From: the human T2T-CHM13v2.0 reference genome, Homo sapiens
Direction: 5' to 3' (one strand)
Assembly: GCF_009914755.1 (NCBI RefSeq)
Contig: NC_060926.1
DNA: 64,000 bases
How positions within the stretch are numbered: position 1 is the first letter of the stretch; each line of letters begins with the position of its first letter. A program made the position numbers and the translations under genes. Under the pieces are notes generated by a model. That model saw nothing but the letters and a program-made list of their open reading frames with translations, was not told where the DNA came from and searched no databases. This document shows positions 12,451 through 28,308 of this stretch, piece by piece.

Positions 12451-13049
12451 AGAATACTTTAATTTGAGAATTGTAAAGACACTGTTAGTTGCATAAGTAC
12501 AACTTCTTGTCAGTTACTCAGTTTTACATATTAAATATCTAATTTTGCTCTAACCTGAATACCTTATACTTGGTCTTAAATGTGGAGAACTAGAGAACAG
12601 AGGAGACTGACACATGAAAGTCAAAAAGAAGGAGGGTCTGTCTTGCTTTATCTATTGGGAATCTTGTTTTGAAAGAAAGAGAGAGAGTGGGCAGGACCCC
12701 TGTCCTGGAAAGAACAAATGAATTATTTTGCTCATAGAGGGTCATGAAAAGATTAAAATTATAAATCTCTAAGTGACAGTCACATTCCTAGCTGTCAAGC
12801 TGTCATTGGGGCAAAATTTTCTTTACCCCATGTTACCAAAATGCTGTTTTCTCCCCAGCACTAGAGAGGTACTCACTAAATCATGACCTACTGACAAGAA
12901 ACCTATTAGTTCCATAAAGAGAATGATGTACTCTCCCCATAGCACCACTGTCTCCATTGGGATCCAGCTGGAGTCAGACTAATATTTCAGCATTATTTCT
13001 ATAAACAGAAGGGACACGTAGAGCCAGATGCTTGCTTTTCTTTTTAAGA

Positions 13050-13360
13050 AGGATAAATGCTTAACACCAAAATCACAAGCAACAAAATAAAAAAGAGATA
13101 TGTTGAATTTCATCAAAGTTAAAAATGTTGTGTTTCAAAATACATCAAGAACATGAAAAGATATCCACAAAACTGGAAAAAAAATTTTTGTGGATCACAT
13201 ATCTAATAAGAGACTTATACCTGGAATATAAAAAGATCACTCAGAACACAATAGTAAAAAAGAAAACCAGATAAAAATGAGCAAATGATCTGAATAGATA
13301 TTTCTCCAAATAAGATATAAAAATGATCCATAAGCACAGGAGAAGAGGCTTCATATCATT
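13050..13360 (+). mobile_element. L1M ORF2 3' fragment
   Basis: acaccaaaatcacaagcaacaaaa...ttcatcaaagttaaaaa...gaatagatatttctccaaataagatata. Confidence 0.8.
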
Positions 13361-13364
13361 GATT

Positions 13365-15960
13365 CCTGACTTCATGTTCTTACTGCTCCTGATCTAAGCA
13401 ACTGCTAATCTGTTTTCTGTCTCTACAAATTTTTCTATTCTGATTATATTATATAAATGGAATCAAACAATATGTTTTTTGTCTGACTAGTTTATTTCAT
13501 TTATTCATCCATGTTGTACTATGTAAAAATATTTTATTTTATGGTCAAACAATATTCCTTTGTATGGATATATCTCATTTTCTTTATCCATTCATCAGTT
13601 GAGGGACCTTTGGGTTGTTTCCACTCTTTAGCTAATATAAGTAAAGTTGCTATGAACATTCATATACAAGTTTTTACGTAGTTGTATGTTTTCATTTGTC
13701 CTGGATATATACCTAAAAGTAGAATTTCTGGGTCATATGATAACTTTATGTTTAACTTGCTAGGGCCAAACTCTTTATCAACATGGCTCAAACATTTTAC
13801 ATTCTTGTCGGCAATGTAGGAGGGCTCCATTTTTTCCACATCATTGTCAATACTTGTCATCATCTGGCTTTTTTATTATACCCATCCAAGTGGATGGGAA
13901 GTGATATCCCATTACAGTTTTGATTTGTATTTACCCAATAACTAATGATGTTGGGCATCTTTTCATAAGCTTATTGGCCATTTCTATATTGTCTTTGGAG
14001 AATTTTCCATTCAAATTCTTTCCCATTTAAAAAATATGTTATCTGTCTTTTTATAAATGAGTTTTAAGACATTTTTGTATATTCTGAATACAAATTCATT
14101 GTCATATATAAGATTTGAAAATATCTTCTCCTATTCTGTGGGTTGTCTTTTCATTTTCTTTATGACATAGTTTGCACTGTAAAGATTTTAAATTTATGTA
14201 GCCCAATTTGTCTATATTTTCATTGTCACTTTTGCTGTGGTTTCATATTTAAGAAATCTTTCCTTAACCCAAGTTCACATAGAATCATTTCCTTTATTAT
14301 AATAATTTTATAGTTGTAACTGATACTTAGGTATATAATTTATTTTGGGCTGGTTTATATATGATTTGAGGTTGGGGTCCAAATTATTGATATGACTGGA
14401 TTTACATGTGCCATTTTGCTTTTTCCTCCTATATGTAATGTAACATTTTAATTGCTTTAGTGATGTTTAATTATATTTTTTAGTTATTTTCTTAGCGATT
14501 AATCTCAGGTTTACCATATGCATCTTAACTTCTTAGATTCTGTACTCTAGTACAGCACCACTTTCTCCCTACCTTTTAAAACTTTTACTTTCATGTATCT
14601 CGTGTTGATACATATTATAAATCTAAAATATATTGTTATAGTTATTACTATTATATCCTTTAAATAATCTGAGCAAAGAAAGGATAGCAAATATATATGT
14701 ATAATGTTTGTTAAATTGACTATCTTATCAACCCTTCCTGGTTCTTTGCAGTTTTTTCTGTGGGTTTGAGTTACCAACTGTTGTCATTTTTGTACGTCAA
14801 TATAACTAATTATTGTCACATAAGTACATTTCTATGTATTTTGGCCCCAATGATATAAATTATTTACATGTTGACTTATGCTTTTTAAATCAGTCAGGAG
14901 AAGAAAGGAGAAGAAATATGCAATTGTACTATTTTTTTTTTTACAAAACTATCACTACTAATATTTCTTTTTCATATGTATTAAAATTACCAACTGGTAT
15001 CTCCTGCTTTTAGCCTGAAGAACTTCTTTTAGTATTTTACATATTAAAAGTCTGCTAGCAAAAAATTCGTTCAATTTTTGTTTACCTGGGAATATCTTTA
15101 TTTTGTCTTCGTTTTTCAATGATAGTTTTACTGAATATAAGATTCTTGGTTGACATTTTAACTTTCAACATTTTTCCCCCTACCTTCTGGCTACTTTGTT
15201 TCTGATATTTTAGCTATTAATCTTATTGTGGTTCCCTTATATGTACTAAGCCCTTTTTTGTTCTTGCCACTTTCAATATTTTCTCTTGCTTTGCTTTCAA
15301 CTTCTGTTATGATGTGTCTGGGTGGATCTTCAATATAGTGGTATTTCTACCCAGACAGGAAGTAGACCGTAAAGGAAAAGAGCTCTAGAGCTTGTCATGT
15401 TAGTCATTGTACTGAAGATGGGAATGGGATGCATTTTTTTCCTGAAGTTCCCCAACTCTACAAGTAAGTATAAAGTAGGTGAATGAGTAGGAAGATCATA
15501 GTCTCCTGTACTAGCTCCTCCTGATGTAGAACTTTTATCCTATGAACTAACTGAGACAAGGGCATTTGGGGGCCCATTATTCTTGGCCTCCTGGTCCTGG
15601 AGTAGCGTTTCTACCACAGAGATCTTGGGGAATTAGAAATGCCAGCATCCTTCCCCTCCTGGGGTGAAACCACAGACCAGTACTTATCGAAGCCCTGAGC
15701 TATGGGGCTTCTATACTACCAAGCTGGTGTGTGTTTGGCAGGGCGGGGCAATAATGGTGTGGATTGTAGCTAAATGCCACAGACTCTCCATATTCTTACT
15801 GAAAGTTGGTACAATTTCTTGCTTGAATGCCTCTCCATTTCCTGTATGGCCTTGGAACAATTTCTGGAGACTTTCAATATATAGTTTTTAAATTTCCACC
15901 AGTTAATTTTTTTTTCTGGAAGACAGGTTCATTGAGCTCCCTAACTGTATTCTCTCTGTC
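13365..15960 (-). mobile_element. Cluster of old L1M (L1MB/MC-like) fragments
   Basis: Antisense L1 3' UTR/ORF2 (tatccattcatcagttgaggg...tttgggttgtttccac); ORF 13660..13863 is degenerate L1 ORF2 C-terminus (LSYDPEILLLGIYP). Confidence 0.8.
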
Positions 15961-17345
15961 CTGAGAGACCTAATTTTAAAGTTAAAGCTAAATGGGGGAA
16001 ATCACTTCTGTGTGCTTTTATATTTTTTTATTTCTCTTTTACTCACCTACTTTCATAGGCTCCCCACTGCCTGAGTCTACATTATTTATTCTAAGAGCCA
16101 AGGCCCTGCATAATTTGGTCTGTGAATTCTTTCCTAGTATCTGCAATATTTATATTTCATAACACCTTCACTTCATGCAAGTTGGTTCACTTATCTTCTG
16201 TTATTGTTCATATATTTTAGTCTTTGTTTATAACCTCTGTCTTTTTGGCCAAAGTATCCAAATTTGTCATTCATGGCCAATTCCTGATGGTCAGAGACCA
16301 GGAAAGTTAATAAGATTTCCCATTCACCGGAGCATCAGCACCATTTAAACCAGACTGTTCTGTGCTGGTCTTTAATATGTGCATGCCATATGTATCCAGC
16401 TTAGTTTTAAGCACCTCAATTAGAAAGTGTTTCTCATTCCATTTTGGCCTTAGAACACCTAGCCCAGGAATGATCGTACAGCAGGTATTAAATAATATTG
16501 TGGAGTGAATTCTTTGTACACGTTCACTTCCAGCTTAGAGATACTCCTTCTCTTCAGAGATACAAGCACAGTACTGATGAATTTCTACTTAAGTTTTAAG
16601 TACAAAAGGATTATGAGCTTTGCTCATTTTATGGTTCTTGACATAAAATGTATCTTGAATTTCACAGTGTGTGAATGTTCCCAGTTTTAGTTGCCTAAAA
16701 CAAATTCCATGTTGGTGTAATTTTTCTAAAGGCCCAAGGAGTAAGATTATCAAGGAAAATATTCCTTGTCCTACAAAGTCATAAAATTCAATAAATGTTT
16801 ATAAATATTCGAAACCAGGCATCACAGGGGATGTCATGTATTTACAAATTCAATCAGCAAAAACACCAAGTTTAGGACCTTCTAATCCAATGGAGAAAAT
16901 TGTAGTAAGAAATAAGCAAAATCAGCACAAGTATAAGGCAAACCGTATCACTGGTACAATGTATTGTGGGTCCATGCAGTCCCTCAGTTGAGGAAGATGC
17001 TCATTGAGGAGATGGCACTTTTTATCCTCTGGGGCCTTAAAGAATAGACAAGCTTTTGGGAGATGAAAATAATAACCTGTAGCTTTCAAGCAAAAGGAAG
17101 AACAAAGGCCCACAGGGGAAATATAAGTTATTTTTTTTAAATTATGAGCATCCCATTATGTTTGTATCATAGGGTCCATGATAAGATACAGCAGGAAACC
17201 AGAATGGACATTTAAGTTGAACCAGATCCTGAAGAATCTTAAGTTGGCAAGTTGATAAGTTTTCAGTTTATGTCATTCTCACCATTAGGATACGATTGAA
17301 TTACTGAATATTATAGAATCAGAGAGTGGCTGATTAGATCTAGAT

Positions 17346-17872
<527 letters not shown>

Positions 17873-17879
17873 ATACTAG

Positions 17880-19890
17880 ATTTTAGTATCTGATACGAGC
17901 ATAAGGAAGGGTTGATGGTGTTTGAGAAACAGATGGGAGGATGGGAAAGAAGCAGTGTAACCCGTAGATTGTTCTCAAAGCAGTCCAGGTGAAATTAAGG
18001 CCTCAACCAGTGATGGCAACACAGGGAGAGCTGAGCAGACGACTGGGATACACATTTTGAATAGTGACAAAAAGATTCTATGACTAAATAATTACCTAGT
18101 AAGCATGAAGTAAGGAAGATAGAGAAACTAAAACAGAAGGTTGGCACACTCTTAGTGACTAGGTGAACTGGAATGCCATTCACAGAGATAAGACATACAA
18201 CAGGAAGAGTTAGTTGACACAGGAAATAATGGTACTATATAGCAGTGTTAACTTTGGGTTCTGTATGGTAGAGACAGGTAGATACTTCCAGAAGAGTGGA
18301 AAGAATATTCTGGGAATTGTGACAGAAGGAAAGACTGATATCCAGTATTTCTTACATAGAAGTAATGGCTAAAACAATAAAGAAAGGAGAATAGAGTCAA
18401 AGAAAACACCTAGGGGTGTTTCACTATGTTTATTTCCCCTTTATTCAAATCTTGATTAAATAAATCTATGTCAAGATCGCAAAGTTTACTGGATACCGTC
18501 AAATGATTTGTGATATCAAAGTTTTCTTGCATGATACGATTGACTGAACTTGACTGAAGAAATGGAGTCAGAGATGACCCCAGGAAATGGAGCAGCATAT
18601 GTGGCATAATCAATCTTTTAAGATCAAAATATAACTATTGAAATAACAACACATGTCATTACTCATGGATTTCTAACTGCTAACTTTTATATCTATATAT
18701 CCTTAAAGGATGTTATTCCCTTAATTCATTTAGCAAGTATTTACTGATTATTTACAAAATGAACACATTTGGGGTTTACAAAGACTTCCACAACTCAGAT
18801 CCATGTTCACAAGGATCTTACATTTCAGTGACAGGACACACATGAACACAAATAATCACAATACAGTGTGATCAGTGCTAGAGAAATATAAGTGTAGAAA
18901 AGCATTAAATGCCATTTGGGCATGCAGGAAAGAAACATCCTATCTGGTGGAGTCAGAAAAAGTTTCTCAGAGAAGGTGATTTCTGAAGTAGAAGTTAAAG
19001 AATGAAGAGAGGCTGGGCGCGGTGGCTCACGCCTGTAATCCCAGCACTTTGGGAGGCTGAGGTGTGGGTGGGTAGATCATGAGGTCAGAAATTCGAGACC
19101 AGCTGGGCCAATAAGGTGACACCCAGTCTCTACTGAAAATACAAAAATTAGCCAGGCATGGTGGCACGCACCTGTAATCCGAGCTACTCAGGAGGCTGAG
19201 GCAGAAGTATTGCTTGAACCCAAGAAGTGGAGGTTGCAGTGAGCCTAGATCACACCACTGCACTCCAGCCTGGGCAATAGAGGGAGACTCCATCTCAAAA
19301 TAAAGAATGAAGAGAAGCACACATGCTGAGACACCAGTGCAGAAGGCCTTGGTTCACTCATAACACAGAGGCCAGGAAAGACAGCCATATTCTGATCACC
19401 CTTTAATGTCATTCTAAGGAGTTTGGTTTATTTTAAAGGGAATAAAATAAAGGAGAATTATTCAAGGACTTAAAGATATGAGATTATGTTGTCAGAGTCT
19501 CATTTTAGAAAGATACCTAGTAGCAGTGGGGCAGGTAGATGGTAGAGAGGTGATATTGGAGGGAACACCACTTAAAAACCTGCGGGTAAATGCTACACTT
19601 GAAGGGGACTAGTAAGAATTTGAGTCTAGAGATATTTAGGGGTTAATTAATACACTCAGTATTTATAAGACTATAGAGATAAGTTAGAAGGAGACTGTGG
19701 GATGATTCCGTAGTGGCTTTGGAGCCTAGGCAAAAAGAGGTACCATTGAAGCAAAACATTCTGGGAGAAGAAGTAGGTGTATCATGAAGATGAGTTTCAG
19801 CTTGGTAATGCTGAGTTTGAGGTTCCTGTGGGAACCTCAGTTTGAGATCACGCAGGGAGACATGTGAACTCAGAGATAGGGCTCAAATAT
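17880..19890 (-). mobile_element. L2 LINE remnants (fragmented, Alu inserted)
   Basis: Purine-rich antisense L2 texture: ttcatttagcaagtatttactga..., gatgagtttcagcttgg...tgagtttgaggt; boundaries approximate. Confidence 0.55.
19011..19300 (+). mobile_element. AluS-like SINE with very short A tail
   Basis: ggctgggcgcggtggctcac start; TSD taaagaatgaagaga at 18996-19010 and 19301-19315. Confidence 0.95.
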
Positions 19891-20595
19891 TGTTTGAATA
19901 TTATCTTTTATCTGTACTGAATGAAATATTTATTCATTCTCTATACATTGTTCATTTAGGGTTCCTTATTTTTTTCAATTTCATGAATAATGTCATGGCC
20001 TTAAGATCTGATGCTGCCAATGGGAGGTAAAATGACATTTTTGGAGTTGCCACAAAGTGGGAATGGATATGGAACTTTGTAGCACTTCAGGTTTCCATGT
20101 AAACTTGAATCTTACATACTTTCTCATTCTGGAACTTCCGTGAGAGATATTTTACTAAACGCTTTCATCTTATAAAACATTCTCTCTTGTCTTTCTCTTT
20201 TCCTCTGTCCTTTCCTCCCTTCCTTCCTCATGACCCTCACTTTTCTCTTTATTCAGATCCTTTTCTGTTTGGACCTGCTTGAAAGCTAAATTTCATTCCT
20301 GGACATATTCCTAAACCTCCTATTACTCTACCACCTCAACCAGTGCATGACAGCCCTTAGAAAACCAGCAATTTAGAGGTAGATGGAAACTTAGTGAATA
20401 TCCTGAGTAAGGCCCTGATTTTGATGAGTTAAAAACTGAAGTTCAAAGAGGAAGGGATTTGTACCAAGTTACATCACTAGACAGTGACTTGCATGCATAT
20501 TTGATTATCTAAATCATTTTAAGTTCAATTCTTTTGGAAGTGTTTTCTATTTGTAGTATAAATATATATCACAAGTTTTTAATACTTGATACATG

Positions 20596-21315
<720 letters not shown>

Positions 21316-21676
21316 TTATCATGCTTGTGTATTCAATCAAAGAAATTGCATTTAGATTTCCTGATTAGTTGTTTTTTACAGTTTGTTGCATAAATGTAAT
21401 GTTTTTCATATTTGACTGGTGGTATATTTAATCCATTTGAAAAAGTACTGATTTGCTAAATTATAAATTTAGCTTTATAAATGCTGCCAATTAATTAAAA
21501 CACATTCTTTCTGATCATCAAATTAATACATATTTTTATATAACATTTGAAAATATTGAAAATTAGGTAGAAGATTTCAAAAGTCACCCCGGGCTTTATT
21601 ATAATGATATAACATATAGTAGTTTACTGTAGGTCTCCATTTATATTTTCTCTGCATGTTCATGTGACCATTCTCT

Positions 21677-22294
21677 TGTAAACCAAAAATAAAATTCTAA
21701 GGCCTCCAGCCATCTAAGTAGACCCCTCCTTTTGGCCAAGGTGATTCAAAAGTTAACCTGAAAACCTAGTTCAGGCCATGATGCTAAGGGAGAGCTGGAA
21801 ATGCCTCATTATCCCCTTCTCCCTTTTAGGATTACTGATAGAACAAGCTCTTTAAGTCTGATAAGAAATATTTATAATCTAGTCTCTCTGAAGCCTGCTA
21901 CCTGGAGGCTTGATGTGCATGATAAAACCTTGGATTCTACAACCCCCTATCATAACACAGACATTCCTTTCTATTGATAATAGCTCTTCCAAATAATTGC
22001 CAATCAAAAAATCTTTAAAGCTACCTATAACCTGAAAGTGCCCCCCACCTGATACCACCCTGCTTCATGTTGCCCTGCCTTCCTGGACTGGACCAATGCT
22101 AACCAATGTATATCTTACATATATTGATTGATGTCTCATGTCTCTAACATGTATAAAAGTGGGCTACACCCAAACCACCTTGGGCACATGTTCTCAGGAT
22201 CACATGAGGGCTGTGTCATGGGTCATTGGTCACTCACATTTGGCTCAGAATAAATCTCTTCAAATATTTTACAGTTTGACTCTTTTCATTGGCA
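21677..22294 (+). mobile_element. ERV1 MER4-group solo LTR
   Basis: TG...CA ends; starts tgtaaaccaaaaataaaattctaag and ends ggctcagaataaatctcttcaaatattttacagtttgactctttt. Confidence 0.85.
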
Positions 22295-25200
22295 CACTAA
22301 GACAATTTTATTCTTTTTTTCTAACCTAACATTTATGTTTCTATGATTTTTATCCTGATTTTAATAATTTTAATGGCTTGGTAATATTTCATCACATTTC
22401 TATACCTGATGTATTAATCTTTCAATGTCCTTTTTTGGACATTTAGGTTATTTTCTATTATTAATATTATAATGCTATAAAGAATTTTGTTGGGTGTCAA
22501 GTTTTGTCAAATTTTGGATATTGTTGCCTTGTAATAGATGTCCAAACATAGAAGCATTGGGTGAGAGGGACTAAATCTTTGTGTATGAGAGTGATGCTGT
22601 TGACCTGGGGTCAGCACCATATACATGCTATATATGACTTCTTAACAGTTTTAGTGAATATGGTCTGAACAGTCTCACTCTTGGGCTCCTCTGTGACCAG
22701 TAGAATACAGTTTGAGACAGTTGAGATAAGGGTACAGTTGGTGTCTGAGGAAGCCAACATTTTGCCTTGTTCAAGCTAACTTGCCCAGATGGGCCATAAA
22801 CTTTGACTGTATTAGCACTGGAGTTACAATAATTAAGCTAATGAGTTCAATTGTCTATACTCCCAGAGTGTAGACTTCATAAATATATATTACAGTTACT
22901 CGGTCTACCTGGACATTTTTAGGATTATAAAATTTTGTAGTAGAAAAGTACCCTCAGAGACATTCTATCTAACTCCTACATTCTACAAACAAGATAATGT
23001 TAAAGAGGGAGAGAGGAATTTTGAAACAGTTCAGAGAGAGTCACAGCTGAAATTTAAGCCTCTTTATTCCCAGGTAAGAGATTTTAACTTAGAAACTAGG
23101 TAAGAATGAATAGTAATATCATTGAATGGGATTTCATTGAACCCTAGTGGTCTTTACTCCATTAAGAAACTTATCTGCCTCCAATTTCATTGATTCTTAG
23201 ATACAGGTTAATATGGGTGAAGATAGATCTTGACTTCAGATTATTTGAGAAGCAAAGATACTAGAACATAATTTCTTCTATAATGTTATCTCTTTATTCA
23301 ATTCCCAGAATTTGATATTCATAGAGGCACAAATTACAGGATAGTGTAATATTTCCCGTTACAGGAATGCAATATGTACAAGCCACAGTACTCACAGAGA
23401 AGGATGATGATGCAGATACAGACACAGAAGTTTTTGCCCAAAAGTAACTCTTAAGCTGGATCTTGAGGAAGAGAAGTAATTTGCCTTATAGACAGGGCAG
23501 TAAATAAAGGAAGAGTCTATGGAGAAGTGTGGAGATGTGACACTCAGCTGCATTCATTGTACTGTAAGGGGTGAATATGGCTGAGAGGATGACAGTGAGG
23601 CAGCTACAAAAAAGATGGTTAGGAAGCCAGGTCCCTAAGGACTGCAGGCTCAGAAGGGGTTCAGACTTTATTTGATGGGGAATGATAAGCCAGTAAATAT
23701 TTCTAACCAGGGAACAAAAATCAATTTGCATATAGAATTGTAAAAGGTAGTTAAAATTGTTTAAGTTAACTTGCCACTGAGCAAACTGAATGTTTTACAT
23801 CTCAATACAGTATTGAGTTGACATTTGCTATGGCTTCATTAATCAAGGGGGAGTTGACTGAGGTCATATTCAGTGATGTGTAATTCACTCTTTCTTTCAT
23901 TTCTATGAACAGTAATATTTTTAGAAATTATAGCCCATTGTTTCATGAATGAAGTAGCCACAAGAGCTGCTAAAAGTAGTGCTTTAGTGAAATCCTTCTC
24001 TAGATGATCTTATGTCTGACCTTCTGTACTTTATCTTCCAAAGATCAGCTTGTGGTGTTAATTATGGGGTAAGTAAGCAGTTACTTCCTACAGCAAATCA
24101 GCCAAAGTCCAGGTTTGCTCTGGAGGTCCCAGGGATCAGAGCTCTGTGTTTCTTCAGGTTTCAATTTACCAGCCTCAAACCACTTAAAAGCAGGAGGAGG
24201 AGAGGCTGGGGAGTGATCGGTTTACAAGTGACCTGGGAGTTCACAGCTTTCATCCCTCCAAATCACAGTCCATATAATAGGCCTTGTGCAGATACAATTG
24301 GGACAAATTGACTCAGGCATCTTGCTTTCAGAAATGAAAACCTTTCTTCTCCCTTATCGGTGTCCCTATGTCTGAACTGTTGGAATCAAGCATTTGATGG
24401 AGGATGGTAGTTGTTGTAAGGTCAAATAGGGGATGTAAGTCCTGAATAAGAGGATAGGCTGTTAAGTGGCCCCCAGCTGTGTTAATTGGCTTAATAGGAC
24501 TCTAGCTAGTTTAGGGACTTAAAAGTCAAGCCAGAGAAACAAAGCCTAACAAGGCTCCCTCTTTTTAGGCCAGTGAGAGATTCAACTAGAACAATTAACA
24601 GCTGGCACATCTTCAAACCAGGTTGCTGTTGTACCAAACATTTTTAGATATATCCTGTTAGAGATGCCTTCAGAATTTTTAAAATGTTTTCAAAAAGGGC
24701 AATATTTTCAACTTGGAGCTTGAAGTTGGCTTTCAGAGGCACTTTGAGTCCCGAGGAACCCAGGTTAGTGGGTACGATGATAATCATTGCCAGATAATCA
24801 TTCTCTGCAAAAAGAAACACAATTTAAAAAGAGAGAGAGAGAATTCAGATTTATCTGAATGATTTGCAAGCAAGCTAGTTTTCATGACACTTTCCAAAGT
24901 AGAATAAACATAGAATCTGAGAGGGATTGCTTTTTACATTAATTTAGAAATAGAAGGCTTATTTATTAGGAATTCAGTAGTCTTGCTTTAAAGTCGTATA
25001 TCCTACAAACGATTTGCGCAAAACATCCTTAACACGTCTTTACCATCTGTACAGGCACTTCATAAAGTGACAAGTATTGTGAGGCCATTGCACTATCAAA
25101 TTATGGCATGCTAGACGTATTAGAGATGAGTAGATGATCTAGTGACCGTATTTTCATGGTTCAATGCATTAATACTGAGAAAAATCACCACCATTAGTCC

Positions 25201-26535
25201 TTATCATTTACTGATTAATGGTAATTATTTTCCAATTCATTCTATTACTGGGATGAGCTTTCTGAAATTCAGTTCTAAACTTGACACGTTCCTATCTAAA
25301 ACCTTTCAGTGGCTCCCTAGTGCCCCACAGAATATGCTTCTGTCTGCCATTTTCAAAGACTAGAATAATCTGCCCTGAATTAGTCTAGCCAACATCCCCC
25401 AGTGAATGGTCCCTCCCCCAATTATGGCCCCTCATGGGCCATAACAGTAACAACCATCAGTAACTTATTTATCATTAGCAGCTTAGAAGCTGTGTTCTCT
25501 TGTTTTTTACTCACAGCAAGTCTGTAATATCAATGTAATTACTATTATTGTTGCTGTTTTAATGATAAAATGGGATTTAAGCAGGGTATAAAGTACATCT
25601 ACTGTCTTCATCAAGCCCCCATGAAAATGAATATATATATGCGAGAAAGTATTTTCTTCTGATAATCCTAATTTATCCAAATGTTGAAATGGCTAGTTAA
25701 ATGCATTTTGTTTTAAGATTAGTATTGTTACGTATTCTTTAAGCATGTGATACTGTACTACACTGCTTGGTGTAGTGACTAGTACTCAAACTATGAAAGC
25801 TATTATGATTATTTGTATACTTGAAAATGATTTTTTTTCTTTTGCTACACGAACATACTCCAAAGAATATTCTTCTATTATTTGATGTCAAGTACTACTT
25901 TAGCTCCATACTTTTCTCTTCAAGTTTATGATGAGAGAGATCTTTATTAACATCAGAAGACTGATACTTCCCTCAGAGGCTTTTGTGGTTTCACACCTGT
26001 TTACATATGATGGAAAATAAATATTACATTTATAGAAACTATGTTCGAGGAAATTATCTGAATTTTTCTAACTACTTCTATAGGAAGAGGGTTAGAGTAA
26101 AACCTATGAATAGACCTTTCCAGTCCTAAGGGTCTAAGAATTTTTCCCCATTCAATATTCACTAAATGCAGCATTAAGAACATAATCTTCTTTATGCTAC
26201 TATCACTCTTCAACTTTCACATCTACAAAGAAATATATAAATTTTCTTTAAGTACCAAATGTTTTAGCTTAAGCCACATTTTAAACTAAGGCATTTATTA
26301 TAAATTTCACTTATAATTATTAGTTTAGAGAATTTGTCTGTATTTAGGCATAGTCAATAAATATCAAATATGAAAAGGAGTGTATACTTGAAAGTATACT
26401 AGGACAGAAAATATAACTCTGGATTACAAAAATCACTTCAAGGAAAATATGTCTTGTAGGAAAATGAATCCATTGAAAACGAGCTACTGTAATTGTTCAC
26501 AATAGTTATTATGTTTTACTATAAAAAGTAACTCA

Positions 26536-26712
<177 letters not shown>

Positions 26713-28094
26713 TCAGAGGATTTTTTAGGCATTATATTTTGGGAGTATACCTCCCTATTGATGCATGTCACTATGTTAAATCTCTAAAATTATCAGAAAC
26801 TGCCCAGTTGCCCATTTAGTCAAATGATATATAATATTATAAATATAACTTTTACGTATAATTTTTTCAAGATATATACAGATGTTTAATTTTTAACTAG
26901 CTAATAATATGTCACTTATTAGCAATTTAGTATTTTTATGTGCTTTTTTTATCATATAGTATGACTTTTGCACATTACTTGGCAAATATATTCTACATTT
27001 CACATTTCTAATAATCATTACACATTAAACAATTGTCTAAGGAATCTTTACTAGAGAATCATGGAGAATAGAAACTTCCTGCAAGTGACTTGGCATTTTC
27101 TAAGATTTTTCTTCCTTCCCCTCCTCTCCTTCCTTCCTTCTTTCATTCTTACTGTTTTTAGTAAAGTCACTTGACCACATACCTTCTGTTAGATCATAGT
27201 TTATTTCATTGTATTTAACATATTTTTGTTTTGTTCCTTAAAGTGTCGTACATGTAAACTTTTCAGATTCAGGGCCTAGCAAACCCAAATAAACTTTCTG
27301 AACTTGTAGCCCCCATGCAGCCCTCGGCTGGGTGGTAATTAGATCATTCTGTATTACACTAACGGACTCAGTGTTTTTGTTGCCACAGGAGCCTGCAGGC
27401 CCCACCTGTCTGCTGGGGAGAGACAATCTCATAAAGCTGCCAATACTATGATTTAGCTGAATACATGTTTGTTAATAAATCTTCCATCTTATTATAATCA
27501 AAGAGCTCTTTCAGTTTATGACCCATCTAATGAAGGATTTGGGGTGTCTGCTCATCAATTTGATGTTTTTAAAGACAAACGTAGGGGGTGTTCATTAGTG
27601 TGTGTTTAGCCCCTTGGCTCAGGTGAAAAGTGGAGCAGGATAGGTGGTAAAGGAAATGAGAGAAAATGTTCATTAAGAATAAACTTGTGGTGTGATCCAC
27701 AAACACATTAGCTTTGAGCATAAATGTCTTGTGAGAAAAAGCAAAATTTTGTTTAAGCCTAATGAGTCTCTAGGATCTATAACAGTTCTTTATCAAAGGC
27801 CTTTTTCAGTGATGTAGCCAGCACCATTATCATCCAAAGAATTTGATGTGGTTCTCTGAGTTATGGGAGTGTAATTATTAATATGGTGTGAGTGAAATTC
27901 AGAACTTTCAAGAGCTTGCAGTCCACTAGTGTGCAATAATGGACATTCATAGCACCTTTCATGACATTAATGTTAAGTGTTCAGATCTCAATATTATGAT
28001 TTATTTGTGGTTAAACTTACAGTTAGTCAAACTATTTTTTTGGTTTTCTTTCTTAATACATTCAGGGTAGATATAATTATTAGAGTCCTGGCAT

Positions 28095-28175
28095 TATTTA
28101 TTTTAAAATAATTGCATATATTTCTAGGGGTACAGTATGATGTTTCAATATATGTATAAATTGTGTAATTATATA
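28095..28175 (-). mobile_element. L1MA-type 3' terminal fragment
   Basis: aataattgcatatatttctaggggtacagtatgatgtttcaatatatgtata. Confidence 0.65.
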
Positions 28176-28244
28176 GGATAATACATGACCTCCACTGAAA
28201 TACACCGAAGATTTTAATCAATGAAAAACAAATATAAAGTGATA

Positions 28245-28308
28245 TTATGTATGTATGCATATATATGCACATCCATATTTACACACACACACACACACAT
28301 ATATATGT
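28245..28308. repeat. (TA)n/(CA)n microsatellite
   Basis: Direct reading. Confidence 0.8.

Noticed and set aside
13050-14350. Opposed L1 fragments suggesting a twin-priming inversion
   Set aside because: Both pieces appear to cover overlapping parts of ORF2 and are highly diverged, so independent old insertions are more likely.
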